Assembly (NCBI GenBank): GCA_965220085.1 | Contig: CBDCOZ010000003.1 | Span: 1,024,001 to 1,088,000 of the forward strand | DNA from: Candidatus Oxydemutatoraceae bacterium | GTDB taxonomy: Bacteria; Pseudomonadota; Gammaproteobacteria; Poriferisulfidales; Oxydemutatoraceae | DNA: 64,000 bases | Reading direction: 5' to 3' | In this document: positions 33,044 to 43,712 of the stretch, piece by piece | Position numbering within the stretch: position 1 is the stretch's first letter | Layout: every line of letters begins with the position of its first letter | The notes under the pieces: generated by a model | The model's input: only the letters and a program-made list of their open reading frames with translations | What the model was told of the DNA's origin: nothing | The model's database searches: none | Translations under genes and position numbers: made by a program

Positions 33044-34327
33044 TTACAGTTTGCGTTCAAAGCGGTTGCGGAGTATGACGGCGCTCAGGTTCATGACGAT
33101 GAGAAAGGTCAGCAGCACCAGTATCGCGCCCGCCGTACGTTCGGCAAAAGCGCGTTCCGGGCTGTCCGCCCACAGGTATATCTGCACCGGCAAGGCGGTT
33201 GCCGGATCGGTAATGCCCTGCGGCGCATCGACGATAAACGCCACCATCCCGATCATCAGCAGGGGCGCCGTTTCCCCCAGCGCCTGTGCCATGCCGATCA
33301 CGCTGCTGGTCAGTATGCCGGGCATGCCGAGGGGCAATACGTGATGAAAGACCGCTTGGGTCTTTGATGCGCCGAGGCTGAGCGCGGCTTCGCGAATGGA
33401 GTCGGGCACCATTTTTAATGCGGCGCGACCGGCAATGATGATGGTCGGCAACGTCATCAAAGACAGTACGATGCCGCCGACTAACGGGGTCGAGCGCGGC
33501 AAGCCGGCAAAATTCAACAGCGCCGCCAGCCCCAGCAAGCCGAAGATGATGGAGGGCACCGCCGCCAGGTTGTTGATACTGATCTCTATGATGTCTGTCA
33601 GCCAATTTTGCGGCGCAAACTCTTCCAAGTATATGACGGTCGCAATGCCAATCGGAAATGCCAACACAAACGCGATGATGAGCGCATACAAAGAGCCCTT
33701 GAGCGCAACCAGTATTCCGGCTTGCTCGGCTTCTCTGGAATCGCCGCTGGTGAAAAAGGTTTTGTTGAAGCGCTTTCCCAGCCGCTCCTGCGCCTCAAGG
33801 GTTTGCAGCAGGGCAATCTGATCGTCTTTGAGCCGGCGGTCGTCTTCGGGCAGCGTCAAGTCTATATGCCCCTTTGCGTATAAGTCGACTTCGTCATCGG
33901 CGATAGCCTTAAACGCAATGGTGCGGCCGATCAATTCGGGGTCTGCTTTGACCATCGCGGCCAACTCATATTCCGCGCCGTTGCTGACCAGCGAGTACAG
34001 CGTTCTTTTCTGCCGCCGTGTGTTTGTGTTCGGGAAAATATCATGCAACGACGCGCGTATCATCTTTTGATAATTGGCATTCGCGATCGCTTCTTGCGCT
34101 GTGTCGCCTGTCGCAAATTCTTCTTCCGCCAACTCAACGTCCAGTTTGACATAGGTCTGGACGAATGTGCCTTTGCCCATGTCTATCAGCGTCGCAAAGA
34201 AGACCAGCAGAAAGAGCAGCCCGATGAGAACCGAAGCGCCCGAGACGATTCTCAATCCGGTCTCAATGTAATAACGCCGCTTCAGCGAAGCGCGAATCTT
34301 CTTTTGTTGCGGTATCAGCTCACTCAT
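33044..34327 (-). CDS. pstA: Phosphate ABC transporter permease
   Basis: [34 protein letters not shown]. Confidence 0.95.
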   Translation of the reverse strand: MSELIPQQKKIRASLKRRYYIETGLRIVSGASVLIGLLFLLVFFATLIDMGKGTFVQTYVKLDVELAEEEFATGDTAQEAIANANYQKMIRASLHDIFPNTNTRRQKRTLYSLVSNGAEYELAAMVKADPELIGRTIAFKAIADDEVDLYAKGHIDLTLPEDDRRLKDDQIALLQTLEAQERLGKRFNKTFFTSGDSREAEQAGILVALKGSLYALIIAFVLAFPIGIATVIYLEEFAPQNWLTDIIEISINNLAAVPSIIFGLLGLAALLNFAGLPRSTPLVGGIVLSLMTLPTIIIAGRAALKMVPDSIREAALSLGASKTQAVFHHVLPLGMPGILTSSVIGMAQALGETAPLLMIGMVAFIVDAPQGITDPATALPVQIYLWADSPERAFAERTAGAILVLLTFLIVMNLSAVILRNRFERKL

Positions 34328-35540
34328 ATTTTTCGCGATAGTGTCGCACGGTTACCAGCGCGGTAATATTCAACAGCAGGGTGGAAACAAACAGAGTTAA
34401 TCCGAGCGCGAAGGAGGCCAAAGTCTTGGCGCTGTCAAATTCGTGGTCGCCGACTAACAGCGTGGTAATCTGCACGGTTACGGTCGTCATCGCATCGAGC
34501 GGATTGCCGCTTAGTTTCGCCATCAGGCCGGCGGCCATGACGACGATCATCGTTTCTCCGATGGCGCGCGAGATCGCCAGCAGAAAACTGCCGATGATGC
34601 CGGGCAGGGCCGCGGGCAGGATCACTTTTATGATCGTTTCCGACCGGGTAGCCCCCATTGCATAGGAACTGTCGCGCAGACTGTTCGGCACGGCGGCGAT
34701 GACATCATCGGACAACGAGCAGATGAAAGGGATCAACATGATTCCCATTACCAATCCCGCCGCCAGCGCGCTTTCCGACGAGGCTTCCAGACCGAGGGCA
34801 AACGCCGCATCTCTGATCCGGGGGGCGACCCATAGCGCCGCAAAAAAGCCGTACACGACGGTCGGTATGCCGGCCAGAATTTCCAGCGCCGGTTTTGCGA
34901 TGGCTCTGATTTTTGCCGGCGCGTATTCGCCCAAAAAGATTGCCGATAAGAATCCGATCGGGGAGGCGACCATCATCGCGATGAAAGAAATCATCATCGT
35001 GCCGGCAAATAACGGCACGAACCCGAAGGCTCCGGAACCGCCGACCTGATCTTCTCTGATGGCCGTTTGCGGGTTCCAGCGCAGACCGAACAGAAACTCT
35101 TGCAGCGGATACAACTTAAAGAAGCGCATGCTTTCAAACAACACCGACAGCACGATTCCGAGCGTGGTCAGAATGGCGACGACGGAGCAAATAATCAGCG
35201 CGCAATGAATCAATTTCTCAATGCTTTTGCGGGCGTTGTGCCGCGGCCGCAAATGGCGCCAGGCAAAGGCAAAACCGAGCAAGGCAACGGCGCTCGCAAT
35301 CCAGACGCAAGCAAACTGTCCGCCGAAGATCGCGCTCGGCAAGCGCGCGTCAAGTCCGGCCACAACGAACAGACTCAGCGCCGCCGGCAGTCCCGTCCAC
35401 AGTGCGACATACCAAGCCGAGTAGGAGGCATTGGCATGGCGCGCGCGCTTGCCGGCGGCGGGGCGTGTCACTTTTTTTGCTCCGGCAACGTATGCGATGC
35501 TGCTGATAATGGCGATGACTGTTAGTGTGAGTTCCAGCAT
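34320..35540 (-). CDS. pstC: Phosphate ABC transporter permease
   Basis: LEILAGIPTVVYGFF, SRAIGETMIV, LFVSTLLLN. Confidence 0.95.
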   Translation of the reverse strand: MLELTLTVIAIISSIAYVAGAKKVTRPAAGKRARHANASYSAWYVALWTGLPAALSLFVVAGLDARLPSAIFGGQFACVWIASAVALLGFAFAWRHLRPRHNARKSIEKLIHCALIICSVVAILTTLGIVLSVLFESMRFFKLYPLQEFLFGLRWNPQTAIREDQVGGSGAFGFVPLFAGTMMISFIAMMVASPIGFLSAIFLGEYAPAKIRAIAKPALEILAGIPTVVYGFFAALWVAPRIRDAAFALGLEASSESALAAGLVMGIMLIPFICSLSDDVIAAVPNSLRDSSYAMGATRSETIIKVILPAALPGIIGSFLLAISRAIGETMIVVMAAGLMAKLSGNPLDAMTTVTVQITTLLVGDHEFDSAKTLASFALGLTLFVSTLLLNITALVTVRHYREKYE

Positions 35541-35669
35541 GTTCGTTCGGTTTCTAAAGTTTGTTCGGCGCCGCAGCGGATGATTCGCCCGCGCATCGTG
35601 TTGCCGAAAATCATGGCATGGATTATGCCGTCCCCTCCTATTAAGAGGCTATCAGACTATGCCATAAAC

Positions 35670-35687
35670 ATGACAGTTTTATTACAT
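35670..35687 (-). promoter_or_regulatory. Pho box upstream of pstC
   Basis: Reverse complement ATGTAAT-AAAA-CTGTCAT matches the CTGTCAT-4 nt A/T-CTGTCAT 11-bp repeat; TAGTCT lies 10 nt downstream. Confidence 0.75.
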
Positions 35688-35967
35688 ACGGGTTGCTTCA
35701 CAAAAGTACCGGCATATCAATATGATAGGTCGGCCTTGGCCGACAGCGGAACCCGGGCGGATGCGATTTGAAGCCCGTATGCCAGAGGGCCTCGTCACAG
35801 AGACGGGCACAGCGTCGCAGGAGATATTGACGGGGCTATGCGATTGTGGCCGACTGTCTGTTAAGGGCAAGCCCCCATCTGTGCGAAGGCGCGGGGCGAT
35901 CTACCCGTTTGGCGACAGGGAACATTCTTCTGCCGCTCACCCGCCGCCGTTGCGTCTGTGTTTCCCG

Positions 35968-36828
35968 CTACCGCAACGGGCCTTCCAGGAAGAGGCGCAG
36001 GCGCAGATTGATCGCGTCCCCGATTATCCGGACGCCGTCGGAGCACAACGGCCCCTCGTTGCCGGGAGTGGTATGCCTGTCCATAAAGCTGATGCAGACC
36101 CTGATGTACATCCACGCCTGATCATCCGCGGGGACAAATATTCTGTTGGTCGCGCCGCTGATGTCGGCATATGCGCCGGTGCGGGCGGGGGATTGTTGCC
36201 ATTGCCAACTCTGGGTGAGAATGTTGATGATATTGAGGTCAACAACATCGGAACTATCGTCCGTCAGTTGCTGACCTCTGTCGTATGTTCTCCGGGGAGG
36301 CGAGCCCGGGGCGATTATCGTGGGCGCGCCGGTGGCTTTTTGTTGCTGGGATGCGCGAAGATGGATGGTGGCCGTGGCGGTACGGGATTCATCGCCGCCG
36401 GCAGTGATGCTGTATGTAAAGGCGGTGTAGTTCAATTGCGCGCTCTGGCTCGGTTGCGGGTAGTAGGTGATGGTGTTGATACTGCCTTCTGCCACATTCT
36501 GGCCTGCGGTGGCGGCGGAGTTGCCTACCCGCATGGTGCCAAGGAGCGGCAGGCTCTTTATCGTGATGTGGTCCAAGGGATCGGAATCTGCGTCAAGAAA
36601 AGGGAAGTCGCTTTTCACGAAGCTGTCCGGGCTGGCGGCGGTGGCGTTGTGCGGCACCCATATTGCGGTGTCCCTGGCCGCCGGTCCGGCCTGTGCGACT
36701 GGCGCGGTCGGGTCTGCGGTGTTGTGCGGTTGGTCGCTATGTGCCTGACCGCAGACGGCAATCAGGACGAGCAACCAGAGGGCGCGACCATCGCTGTTGC
36801 CCGTCGGTTGCGTCAAGGGAGTAAACAT
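35968..36828 (-). CDS. Secreted two-domain Ig/cadherin-like protein ending LRLRLFLEGPLR
   Basis: Signal LWLLVLIAVCGQAHS; same two module types as 23211-24824; TATAAT at 36863-36868 and AAGGA RBS. Confidence 0.8.
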   Translation of the reverse strand: MFTPLTQPTGNSDGRALWLLVLIAVCGQAHSDQPHNTADPTAPVAQAGPAARDTAIWVPHNATAASPDSFVKSDFPFLDADSDPLDHITIKSLPLLGTMRVGNSAATAGQNVAEGSINTITYYPQPSQSAQLNYTAFTYSITAGGDESRTATATIHLRASQQQKATGAPTIIAPGSPPRRTYDRGQQLTDDSSDVVDLNIINILTQSWQWQQSPARTGAYADISGATNRIFVPADDQAWMYIRVCISFMDRHTTPGNEGPLCSDGVRIIGDAINLRLRLFLEGPLR

Positions 36829-37175
36829 GATTCGGTATCCTTATGAAGTTTATGCGCAAGATATTATACAAAGTATTCGCACAGCTGCGCATTCGCCCGC
36901 GGTGATGTCCGCATTCCCTCACGCGTACGAAGGGAGTGTGCGGGCGCGAATGACAGACTGCCATCCGTCGGCAAACACAAGCGGCGGCGGGTGCGCATCA
37001 GAAAACGCTCCCCGCGCCAGGCGGGCAGGCCGCGCCCGCGCCTCCGCATGGATGCGGGACTTGTCCTGACAGCCGGTCGGCCCGCCGTATACGCCCCTGC
37101 GCTATGTGTTGGCCGCATATCTTTGTACAATACTCCTTCGCTGATTCCTGCTTACCTCTATTTGGAGTACCTCTT

Positions 37176-38171
37176 ATGACAGAACCTAAACGCCCCATAA
37201 AAGTCGCAATAACCGGCGCGACCGGAAATATCGGCTATTCGCTGCTCTTTAGAATCGCTTCGGGAGAAATGCTGGGCGCCGACCAGCCGATCATGTTGAC
37301 GCTGATCGACAGGAACGCGGTATGCAAACCTCTGCAAGCGGCGATGATGGAGCTTGAAGATTGCGCCTGCCCGCTGCTTGTAAGTTGCGACACAACGGCT
37401 GATCTCAGTCAGGGGTTTCGCGATGCCGACATTGTGATTCTTCTCGGCGCCAAGCCGCGCTCGGCCGGCATGGAACGCAAGGACTTGCTGAGAGTGAACG
37501 GCGAGGTGTTCAAAACGCAGGGGCAAGTATTAAACGATGTCGCGGCGCGCGATGTAAAAGTCCTGATAGTCGGCAACCCGGCAAACACCAACGCTCTGAT
37601 CGCATTGTCAAACGCGCCCGATCTCAGCCCCAAGCAATTCAGTTGCCTGACCCGGCTGGATCACAATCGGGCGGTCGCCTTGCTTGCAAAGACGCTCGGG
37701 CGACCGGTCTCTGAGATTCGCAAGATGATTATCTGGGGGAATCATTCCTCTACCCAGTTTCCCGATTTGTTACACAGCGAGACGGACGCCGGCAAGGTTG
37801 CGGTCGATAAGAACTGGTTTGAAGGGGAATTTATTTCTGCCGTGCAGAAGCGCGGCGGCCAAGTGATTGAGATGCGCGGTCTGTCTTCGGCGGCATCGGC
37901 CGCTTCCGCCGCGATCGATCACATCAGAGATTGGCGCGAGGGCACGCCGCCCGACGATTGGACGAGCATGGGTGTGTTGTCCGACGGCAGTTATGGGGCG
38001 ACAGCCGATTTGATGTTTTCTTATCCGGTTACGATTGAGAACGGCGATTGGAATATCGTAGCGGGCATAGAACTCGGCGAATTTGAAAAGCGGCTGATTC
38101 GCAAAACCGATGCCGAACTGCGCGAGGAGCGCGACGCCGTGGCGGACTTGCTCGGCAAAGCGCTCGCTTAG
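37176..38171 (+). CDS. mdh: Malate dehydrogenase
   Basis: [50 protein letters not shown]; GGAG RBS before ATG 37176. Confidence 0.96.
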   Translation: MTEPKRPIKVAITGATGNIGYSLLFRIASGEMLGADQPIMLTLIDRNAVCKPLQAAMMELEDCACPLLVSCDTTADLSQGFRDADIVILLGAKPRSAGMERKDLLRVNGEVFKTQGQVLNDVAARDVKVLIVGNPANTNALIALSNAPDLSPKQFSCLTRLDHNRAVALLAKTLGRPVSEIRKMIIWGNHSSTQFPDLLHSETDAGKVAVDKNWFEGEFISAVQKRGGQVIEMRGLSSAASAASAAIDHIRDWREGTPPDDWTSMGVLSDGSYGATADLMFSYPVTIENGDWNIVAGIELGEFEKRLIRKTDAELREERDAVADLLGKALA

Positions 38172-38175
38172 CGGC

Positions 38176-38628
38176 CTAGCCGAAGTATTTGAGCGCTCGG
38201 CTCAAAGCGGAGTTGGCGGCCCATTTCTCGGCTAATGCGGAGTGTCTGCGCGGCATCGGCGGCAGAAACCTTTGCGCCGGCGCGGGACGACCTGTCCGGA
38301 TTGCGGCGGGCCACGGCGGCAATACTTCCATCTGCCCGGCATCGTGGTAGGCGCGCACCTTGAGTTGTAGCAGCGGCAACGGCTTTCGCATCTTCGCGTC
38401 TTGAAAAGCGCAGACGAAATCAAAGGTCTCGGTATACGGGGTCTTTTGCGGTGCGCGCAGCCACAGGCGGTAATGGTCTTTTTGTGCCGAGGCCGTCTTC
38501 GCGCCGGCGTCTGTTTCCATAGCCTGGAACAAGATGTAGTTTGCCTGATACAGATGCATCAGATAGCGGAAGTACCGCGTCGCCGAAAGCGCCGGTTTAG
38601 GGGCGGCGTATAAGATGTTCTTGTGCAT
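38176..38628 (-). CDS. DUF1249 (YqiB-like) protein
   Basis: LY..NY, PYT, VRAYHDA..EV, EKW..N..L pattern. Confidence 0.65.
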   Translation of the reverse strand: MHKNILYAAPKPALSATRYFRYLMHLYQANYILFQAMETDAGAKTASAQKDHYRLWLRAPQKTPYTETFDFVCAFQDAKMRKPLPLLQLKVRAYHDAGQMEVLPPWPAAIRTGRPAPAQRFLPPMPRRHSALAEKWAANSALSRALKYFG

Positions 38629-38637
38629 GTCTCTGTT

Positions 38638-39087
38638 TCACCGATGACGCATTGCATGACGGTCGCGGTATTGCAACGCAAAACTGCGCAACACCCTGAA
38701 GGCATCGGCATCGATCGCGTCCGCAAAGATATGTATCCGTTCTTCGCCTCTGTTTTCCACTTGTAAGCGCATTGCAAGATAATAGCAAATAATCCGTTCA
38801 AACTTTAATATTTCGGCCGAGCGCGCCCGCCCGCGCAAGTCCCGTATTGTAACTTTTTGCTCCGGATCTATTTGTAACCGCCGAATACACAAACTGTTAC
38901 GGCGCTTTTGTCGGCGGGCAAAGGCAAAGAGCAATACGATTGCGAGCAAGCCGATTTTAGTCGCAACCGGGAAATGGGCTATGAATATTGCCGCCGTGCC
39001 CGCCGCATAGAGCGAGGCGACCAGCGCTTGCCCGACGGCGGAGGGGGCGAGATCAACGGCGATAGTTTGTGCGGATGATGTCGGCAA
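38638..39087 (-). CDS. ygfX: YgfX/CptA-family membrane protein
   Basis: Two TM helices and D....AFR.LR near the C-terminus; overlaps sdhE as in the known sdhE-ygfX pair. Confidence 0.65.
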   Translation of the reverse strand: MPTSSAQTIAVDLAPSAVGQALVASLYAAGTAAIFIAHFPVATKIGLLAIVLLFAFARRQKRRNSLCIRRLQIDPEQKVTIRDLRGRARSAEILKFERIICYYLAMRLQVENRGEERIHIFADAIDADAFRVLRSFALQYRDRHAMRHR

Positions 39088-39298
39088 TATCGCGAATCTC
39101 CGGATCGGCGCTGCGGTGACCGTAGATCAGAATATCTTGCAGGTCGGGGTCGCTCATTTGCAACAGCCGCAGAAACGTGTCTTTCTGTTCCTGCGGCGCA
39201 TCATCATAGAGGCGGTTCAGATAATACGACGCCATCTGATCGAGCTCTTTGGCGCCGCGCCGGCACATCCAGACCAGTTGTTTCTTATCCGGGTTCAT
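39053..39298 (-). CDS. sdhE: Succinate dehydrogenase assembly factor
   Basis: WMCRRGAKELD (RGxxE), LL..SDPDL. Confidence 0.92.
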   Translation of the reverse strand: MNPDKKQLVWMCRRGAKELDQMASYYLNRLYDDAPQEQKDTFLRLLQMSDPDLQDILIYGHRSADPEIRDIADIIRTNYRR

Positions 39299-39332
39299 CC
39301 GACTCGGCTAGTCCTGCGCGCGCGCCCAAGCG

Positions 39333-40109
39333 CTACAGGCTGCGCGCGACCAGCAGCTTTTTGATCTGCGCGATGGCCTTGGCCGGATTGAGATTTTTGG
39401 GGCAGGTATCGGCGCAATTCATGATGGTATGACAGCGGTAGAGCTTAAACGGGTCTTCCAGCGCGTCCAGCCGCTCGCCGGTCGCCTCATCGCGGCTGTC
39501 GGCAATCCAACGATACGCTTGCAGCAGGGTGGCGGGGCCGAGATAGCGGTCGCTGTTCCACCAATAACTCGGGCAACTCGCGGAACAACACGCGCATAAG
39601 ATGCATTCTTCAAGGCCTTTGATCTGTTCGCGGCTCTCGGGCGATTGCAATCTCTCGCGGTCGGCGAGCGGGGTCTGTGTTTGCAGCCAAGGTTTGATCG
39701 ACGCATATTGCGCGTAGAAATGGGTCAGGTCGGTGACGAGGTCTTTTATCACCGACATATGCGGCAGCGGAAAGACTTTGACCGCGCCCTTGATATCTGC
39801 GATCGCTTTGGTGCAGGCCAGCGTGTTGCGCCCGTCGATGTTCATGGAGCACGAGCCGCAGATACCTTCGCGGCACGAGCGTCGGAAAGTCAATGTCGGA
39901 TCAATCTCATCCTTCGCCTTTATCAGCGCGTCCAACACCATCGGGCCGCAATCATCAAGATGCAGCTCGTACGTATCGGTGCGCGGGTTTTTCCCCGAGT
40001 CGGGATCGTAGCGATAGACGACGAACGTCTTCTTATCGCCTTCGCCGTCGGCGGCAAAGTGTTTGCCTTTCTTTACGATCGAGTTTGCCGGCAGGGTGAA
40101 TTGCGCCAA
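39333..40109 (-). CDS. sdhB: Succinate dehydrogenase Fe-S subunit
   Basis: [39 protein letters not shown]. Confidence 0.98.
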   Translation of the reverse strand: MAQFTLPANSIVKKGKHFAADGEGDKKTFVVYRYDPDSGKNPRTDTYELHLDDCGPMVLDALIKAKDEIDPTLTFRRSCREGICGSCSMNIDGRNTLACTKAIADIKGAVKVFPLPHMSVIKDLVTDLTHFYAQYASIKPWLQTQTPLADRERLQSPESREQIKGLEECILCACCSASCPSYWWNSDRYLGPATLLQAYRWIADSRDEATGERLDALEDPFKLYRCHTIMNCADTCPKNLNPAKAIAQIKKLLVARSL

Positions 40110-40142
40110 TGTCGTCTCTCCTTATAATCAACAAATAATCAT

Positions 40143-41942
40143 TTAATAAACTCTCGCCTGAGGAGCGATTGTATCAACCTCGTCGGTCAAGGTCTGTAAG
40201 CGTACCGGGCGAAACCCTATTTCCGCATCCGCCCCGGGGGTTTGGGTGTCCAGACGGGTCAGCGAATGTTTCATCCAATTCTCATCGTCGCGCTGCGGGA
40301 AATCATCGCGCGCATGGGCGCCGCGGCTCTCCTGCCGCCGCAAGGCCGCGGCCACGGTGCAGACGGCTTGCGCGAGCAGGTTATCGAGTTCGAGTGTTTC
40401 GACCAAATCGGTATTCCATATCATAGAGCGGTCTTTGACCGAGATGTCGGCAAACTTTTGTCGCAGCGCGCGCAACTTCTCAAGACCTTGCGCAAGACTC
40501 TCGCCGGTGCGAAAGACCGCGGCATATTTTTGCATGACCTTTTGCATTTCAACCCGCACCGCCGCCGTCGGGTATTCGCCGTCGGCGTGACGCAGCTTAT
40601 CAAAGCGCGCCAGACAAAAATCCAACCGCTCTTTGCGGCAGGGGCGCGCCTGTGTCTTGTCTTGTTTGATCAGGGTCACGGCGCGTTGCGCCGCCGCGCG
40701 TCCGAATACGATCAGGTCGAGCAAGGAGTTGGAGCCGAGGCGGTTTGCCCCGTGTACCGATACGCAAGCCGCTTCGCCGATGGCCATCAGGCCCGGCACA
40801 ACGTGATTCGGATCATCGCCTTTCGGCACGACAACCTGTCCGCGATAGTCGGTCGGGATGCCCCCCATGTTGTAGTGCACCGTCGGCAGAACCGGTATCG
40901 GTTCTTTGCTTACATCCACGCCGGCAAAAATGCGCGCCGACTCGGCGATGCCGGGCAGGCGTTCGTCGATGACGTCTTTGCCGAGGTGCTCAAGGTGCAA
41001 ATGGATATGATCTTTCTCGGGCCCGACCCCGCGCCCTTCGTTGATCTCTATCGTCATGGAGCGGCTGACCACATCGCGCGAAGCGAGGTCCTTGGCGTTC
41101 GGCGCATAGCGCTCCATAAAGCGTTCGCCATCGGCGTTGGTCAGGTAACCGCCTTCGCCTCGCGCGCCTTCGGTAATCAGGCAACCCGACCCGTAGATGC
41201 CGGAAGGGTGGAACTGAACGAATTCCATGTCCTGCAACGGCAAGCCCGCGCGGATAGCCATCGCGTTGCCGTCGCCGGTGCAGGTATGCGCCGATGTGCA
41301 CGAGAAATAAGCGCGGCCATAGCCGCCCGTTGCGAGTATCGTGAGGGCCGCTTTGAAGACATGCAGTTTGCCGGTCGCCAATTCCCACGCCAGCGCGCCG
41401 CAACACCCGCCGTCATCGTCGGTCAGCAAATCCAACGCAAAGTATTCAATGAAGAACTGCGCGTTGTGTTTGAGCGATTGTTGATACAAGGTGTGGAGAA
41501 TGGAATGCCCGGTGCGATCGGCCGCGGCGCAAGTCCGCTGGGCGATGCCTTTGCCGAAGTCGGTGGTCATGCCGCCGAAGGGGCGCTGATAGATGCGGCC
41601 GCTTTCGGTTCTTGAGAACGGCACCCCGTAGTGCTCCAGTTCTATCACCGATGCCGGCGCTTCTTTGCACATATACTCAATCGAGTCCTGATCGCCGAGC
41701 CAGTCCGAACCTTTGACCGTGTCGTACATATGCCAGCGCCAGTCGTCCCGTCCCATGTTGCCAAGCGCCGCGCTGATGCCGCCTTGCGCCGCCACCGTGT
41801 GGCTGCGGGTCGGAAATACTTTTGTCAGGCAAGCGGTTTTCAGACCTTCGCTTGCCATCCCGAAAGTCGCCCGCAAGCCGGCTCCGCCGGCTCCGACAAC
41901 GACGACATCGCATTGATGTTCTTCAAGAGGGTAAGAATTCAT
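40143..41942 (-). CDS. sdhA: Succinate dehydrogenase flavoprotein
   Basis: [41 protein letters not shown]. Confidence 0.98.
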   Translation of the reverse strand: MNSYPLEEHQCDVVVVGAGGAGLRATFGMASEGLKTACLTKVFPTRSHTVAAQGGISAALGNMGRDDWRWHMYDTVKGSDWLGDQDSIEYMCKEAPASVIELEHYGVPFSRTESGRIYQRPFGGMTTDFGKGIAQRTCAAADRTGHSILHTLYQQSLKHNAQFFIEYFALDLLTDDDGGCCGALAWELATGKLHVFKAALTILATGGYGRAYFSCTSAHTCTGDGNAMAIRAGLPLQDMEFVQFHPSGIYGSGCLITEGARGEGGYLTNADGERFMERYAPNAKDLASRDVVSRSMTIEINEGRGVGPEKDHIHLHLEHLGKDVIDERLPGIAESARIFAGVDVSKEPIPVLPTVHYNMGGIPTDYRGQVVVPKGDDPNHVVPGLMAIGEAACVSVHGANRLGSNSLLDLIVFGRAAAQRAVTLIKQDKTQARPCRKERLDFCLARFDKLRHADGEYPTAAVRVEMQKVMQKYAAVFRTGESLAQGLEKLRALRQKFADISVKDRSMIWNTDLVETLELDNLLAQAVCTVAAALRRQESRGAHARDDFPQRDDENWMKHSLTRLDTQTPGADAEIGFRPVRLQTLTDEVDTIAPQARVY

Positions 41943-42319
41943 AGCGCTATTTTTATAATGGCATAAAGCCCGCCGATAGCAAGCAGTATTGACCAGAAGT
42001 TTGCCGCAACAATGACCGCGACCTTAAGCGGGACAGAGCGGATATAGTCTTCTGCGATGATGCGCAACCCAAGCGCTTGATGGTAACAAACCGTGATCAC
42101 AGATGCCGCGATCAAAATGGCGACCGGCGGTTGTTGCAGCCACCCCTTCAGCGCCGCATGACTCAGGCTCGGCAGCATCGCAACCGAGAAGCTGAGCCAG
42201 AGTACGAGCGGCGCCAGCGCGACAGATGTCAGTCGTTGTAACCGCCAGTGCGCCGTGCCTTCGCGCGCCGCCCCAAGGCCTTTTGCTTTGGATAGCGGGG
42301 TGTCTAATCGCGTATTCAT
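41939..42319 (-). CDS. sdhD: Succinate dehydrogenase hydrophobic anchor
   Basis: [19 protein letters not shown]...IAEDY; ATGA-coupled start. Confidence 0.92.
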   Translation of the reverse strand: MNTRLDTPLSKAKGLGAAREGTAHWRLQRLTSVALAPLVLWLSFSVAMLPSLSHAALKGWLQQPPVAILIAASVITVCYHQALGLRIIAEDYIRSVPLKVAVIVAANFWSILLAIGGLYAIIKIAL

Positions 42320-42693
42320 AGCGCTATCGCAATCAGCCAGGTCGCCGCGGTGAGTACGACGGTGCCGACAAGAGTCAATATATTTGCCAGTCGTCCCGCC
42401 GCTTTTGAATACCCTATGGCGGCATCCCAAAGCAGGTGGCGGATGCCGTGACAAAAATGAAAATAGAGCGCCGCCGTCCATAACACCAGCAGGCTTTGCC
42501 CCGGCCAACCGGCGAGCGCTCCGTGTATCGCTTCATAACTTGTTCTGTCGGTCGCGGCGATGAGCAGGATAATGATCAGCGCCGATACCCCGATACTCAG
42601 AACGACCGAGGTCAGGCGATGCGTGATTGAGAAAATCGCGGTCAGCGGCAGGCGATATACCTGCAGATGCGGAGAGGTCGGGTGTTCTTGCAT
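42316..42693 (-). CDS. sdhC: Succinate dehydrogenase cytochrome b556
   Basis: PTSPHLQVYR, SITHRLT, HFCHGIRHLLWD. Confidence 0.93.
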   Translation of the reverse strand: MQEHPTSPHLQVYRLPLTAIFSITHRLTSVVLSIGVSALIIILLIAATDRTSYEAIHGALAGWPGQSLLVLWTAALYFHFCHGIRHLLWDAAIGYSKAAGRLANILTLVGTVVLTAATWLIAIAL

Positions 42694-42990
42694 TCTTTCT
42701 ATTGTCCGGCCAACACTTGAGTGCGACCGCTTCATATCGGTTAGTCGGAGGGTATCTTAACACAAGGCGATGCGGTTCAGGGACATCGGGCTTGTTTGCC
42801 GACTGCCGCGCTCGCCCTTGGGCTTCCCTTGCGCTTCTTTGACTCGTGCTTGCCGGGTTCCTTGCCAGCCGGATAAACCGCGTTCCTTTCAATACAACCC
42901 GACAGATTGCCATCATCCTCGCATGTCTCTCGGCAGGCGCCGAACCTCGCCGCGACCGCGTTTCTTTCATGGATCGGTTTTCCGTGCCCG

Positions 42991-43020
42991 CGCCTCTTCT
43001 TTGAAGGCCTGTTGCAATAG
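42991..43020 (+). pseudogene. Orphan decayed tail of a LEGPLR-family gene (RLFFEGLLQ*)
   Basis: cgc ctc ttc ttt gaa ggc ctg ttg caa tag, followed by about 140 bp homologous to 58671-58812. Confidence 0.8.
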
Positions 43021-43124
43021 CGCGAGCGCCCCGCGGCGAAGGAGGGGAATGTCAGGGAATGCACAGGGGATGAGGCAGGATACTAAAGGGATTTGGGCAT
43101 TTAGTAATCATCTGATAGACTGTC

Positions 43125-43133
43125 TGCTATGAT
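43125..43133 (+). promoter_or_regulatory. Candidate extended -10 (TGcTATGAT) of the giant gene leader
   Basis: Conserved as TGtTATGAT at 58775-58783 after the identical TAATCATCTGATAGACTGTC. Confidence 0.45.
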
Positions 43134-43533
43134 TCAATACTTGATAACCATACTGCGGAGCAGCGCCCGTGGCGAGATTACTGTAGGGTTATGATTCGAT
43201 ACTTGACAACCATACTGCGGAGCAGCGCCCGTGGCGAGATTACTGTAGGGTTATGATTCGATACTTGACAACCATACTGCGGAGCAGCGCCCGTGGCGAG
43301 ATTACTGTAGGGTTATGATTCGATACTTAACAACCACGCTGCGGAGTAGCACCCGTGGCGAGATTACTGTAGGGTTATGATTCGATACTTAACAACCACG
43401 TTGCGGAGCAGCGCCCGTGGCGAGATTACTGTAGGGTTATGATTCAATACTTAACAACCATACTGCGGAGCAGCGCCCGTGGCGAGATTACTGTAGGGTT
43501 ATGATTCGATACTTAACAACCACGTTGCGGAGC
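43128..43533. repeat. Tandem array, about 6.5 x 62 bp, in the leader of the giant gene
   Basis: TATGATTCRATACTTRACAACCA...GGCGAGATTACTGTAGGGT at 43128, 43190, 43252, 43314, 43376, 43438 and 43500 (partial). Confidence 0.97.
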
Positions 43534-43712
43534 GCTTGCATGATGTCAATGACACCAATCGCACAACGTTTGACTCAGGTGTTCAATATGTCTTGGCATC
43601 ATACATCTTGCAATCCAACACTCGGCACAATAATGAGAAGCCGCCTTCAGGTCGCCCGCAGGATAATTACTGAATTTAAGATCACCGAGATGCTTAGTAA
43701 AATAATGAAAAA

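Noticed and set aside
36870-37110. Family leader upstream of the 286-aa LEGPLR gene
   Set aside because: Only GAGGGAATG matches; too little to claim homology
43128-43533. CRISPR array or plasmid iterons
   Set aside because: Whole 62-bp units are near-identical with no unique spacers; no rep gene, and the context is chromosomal
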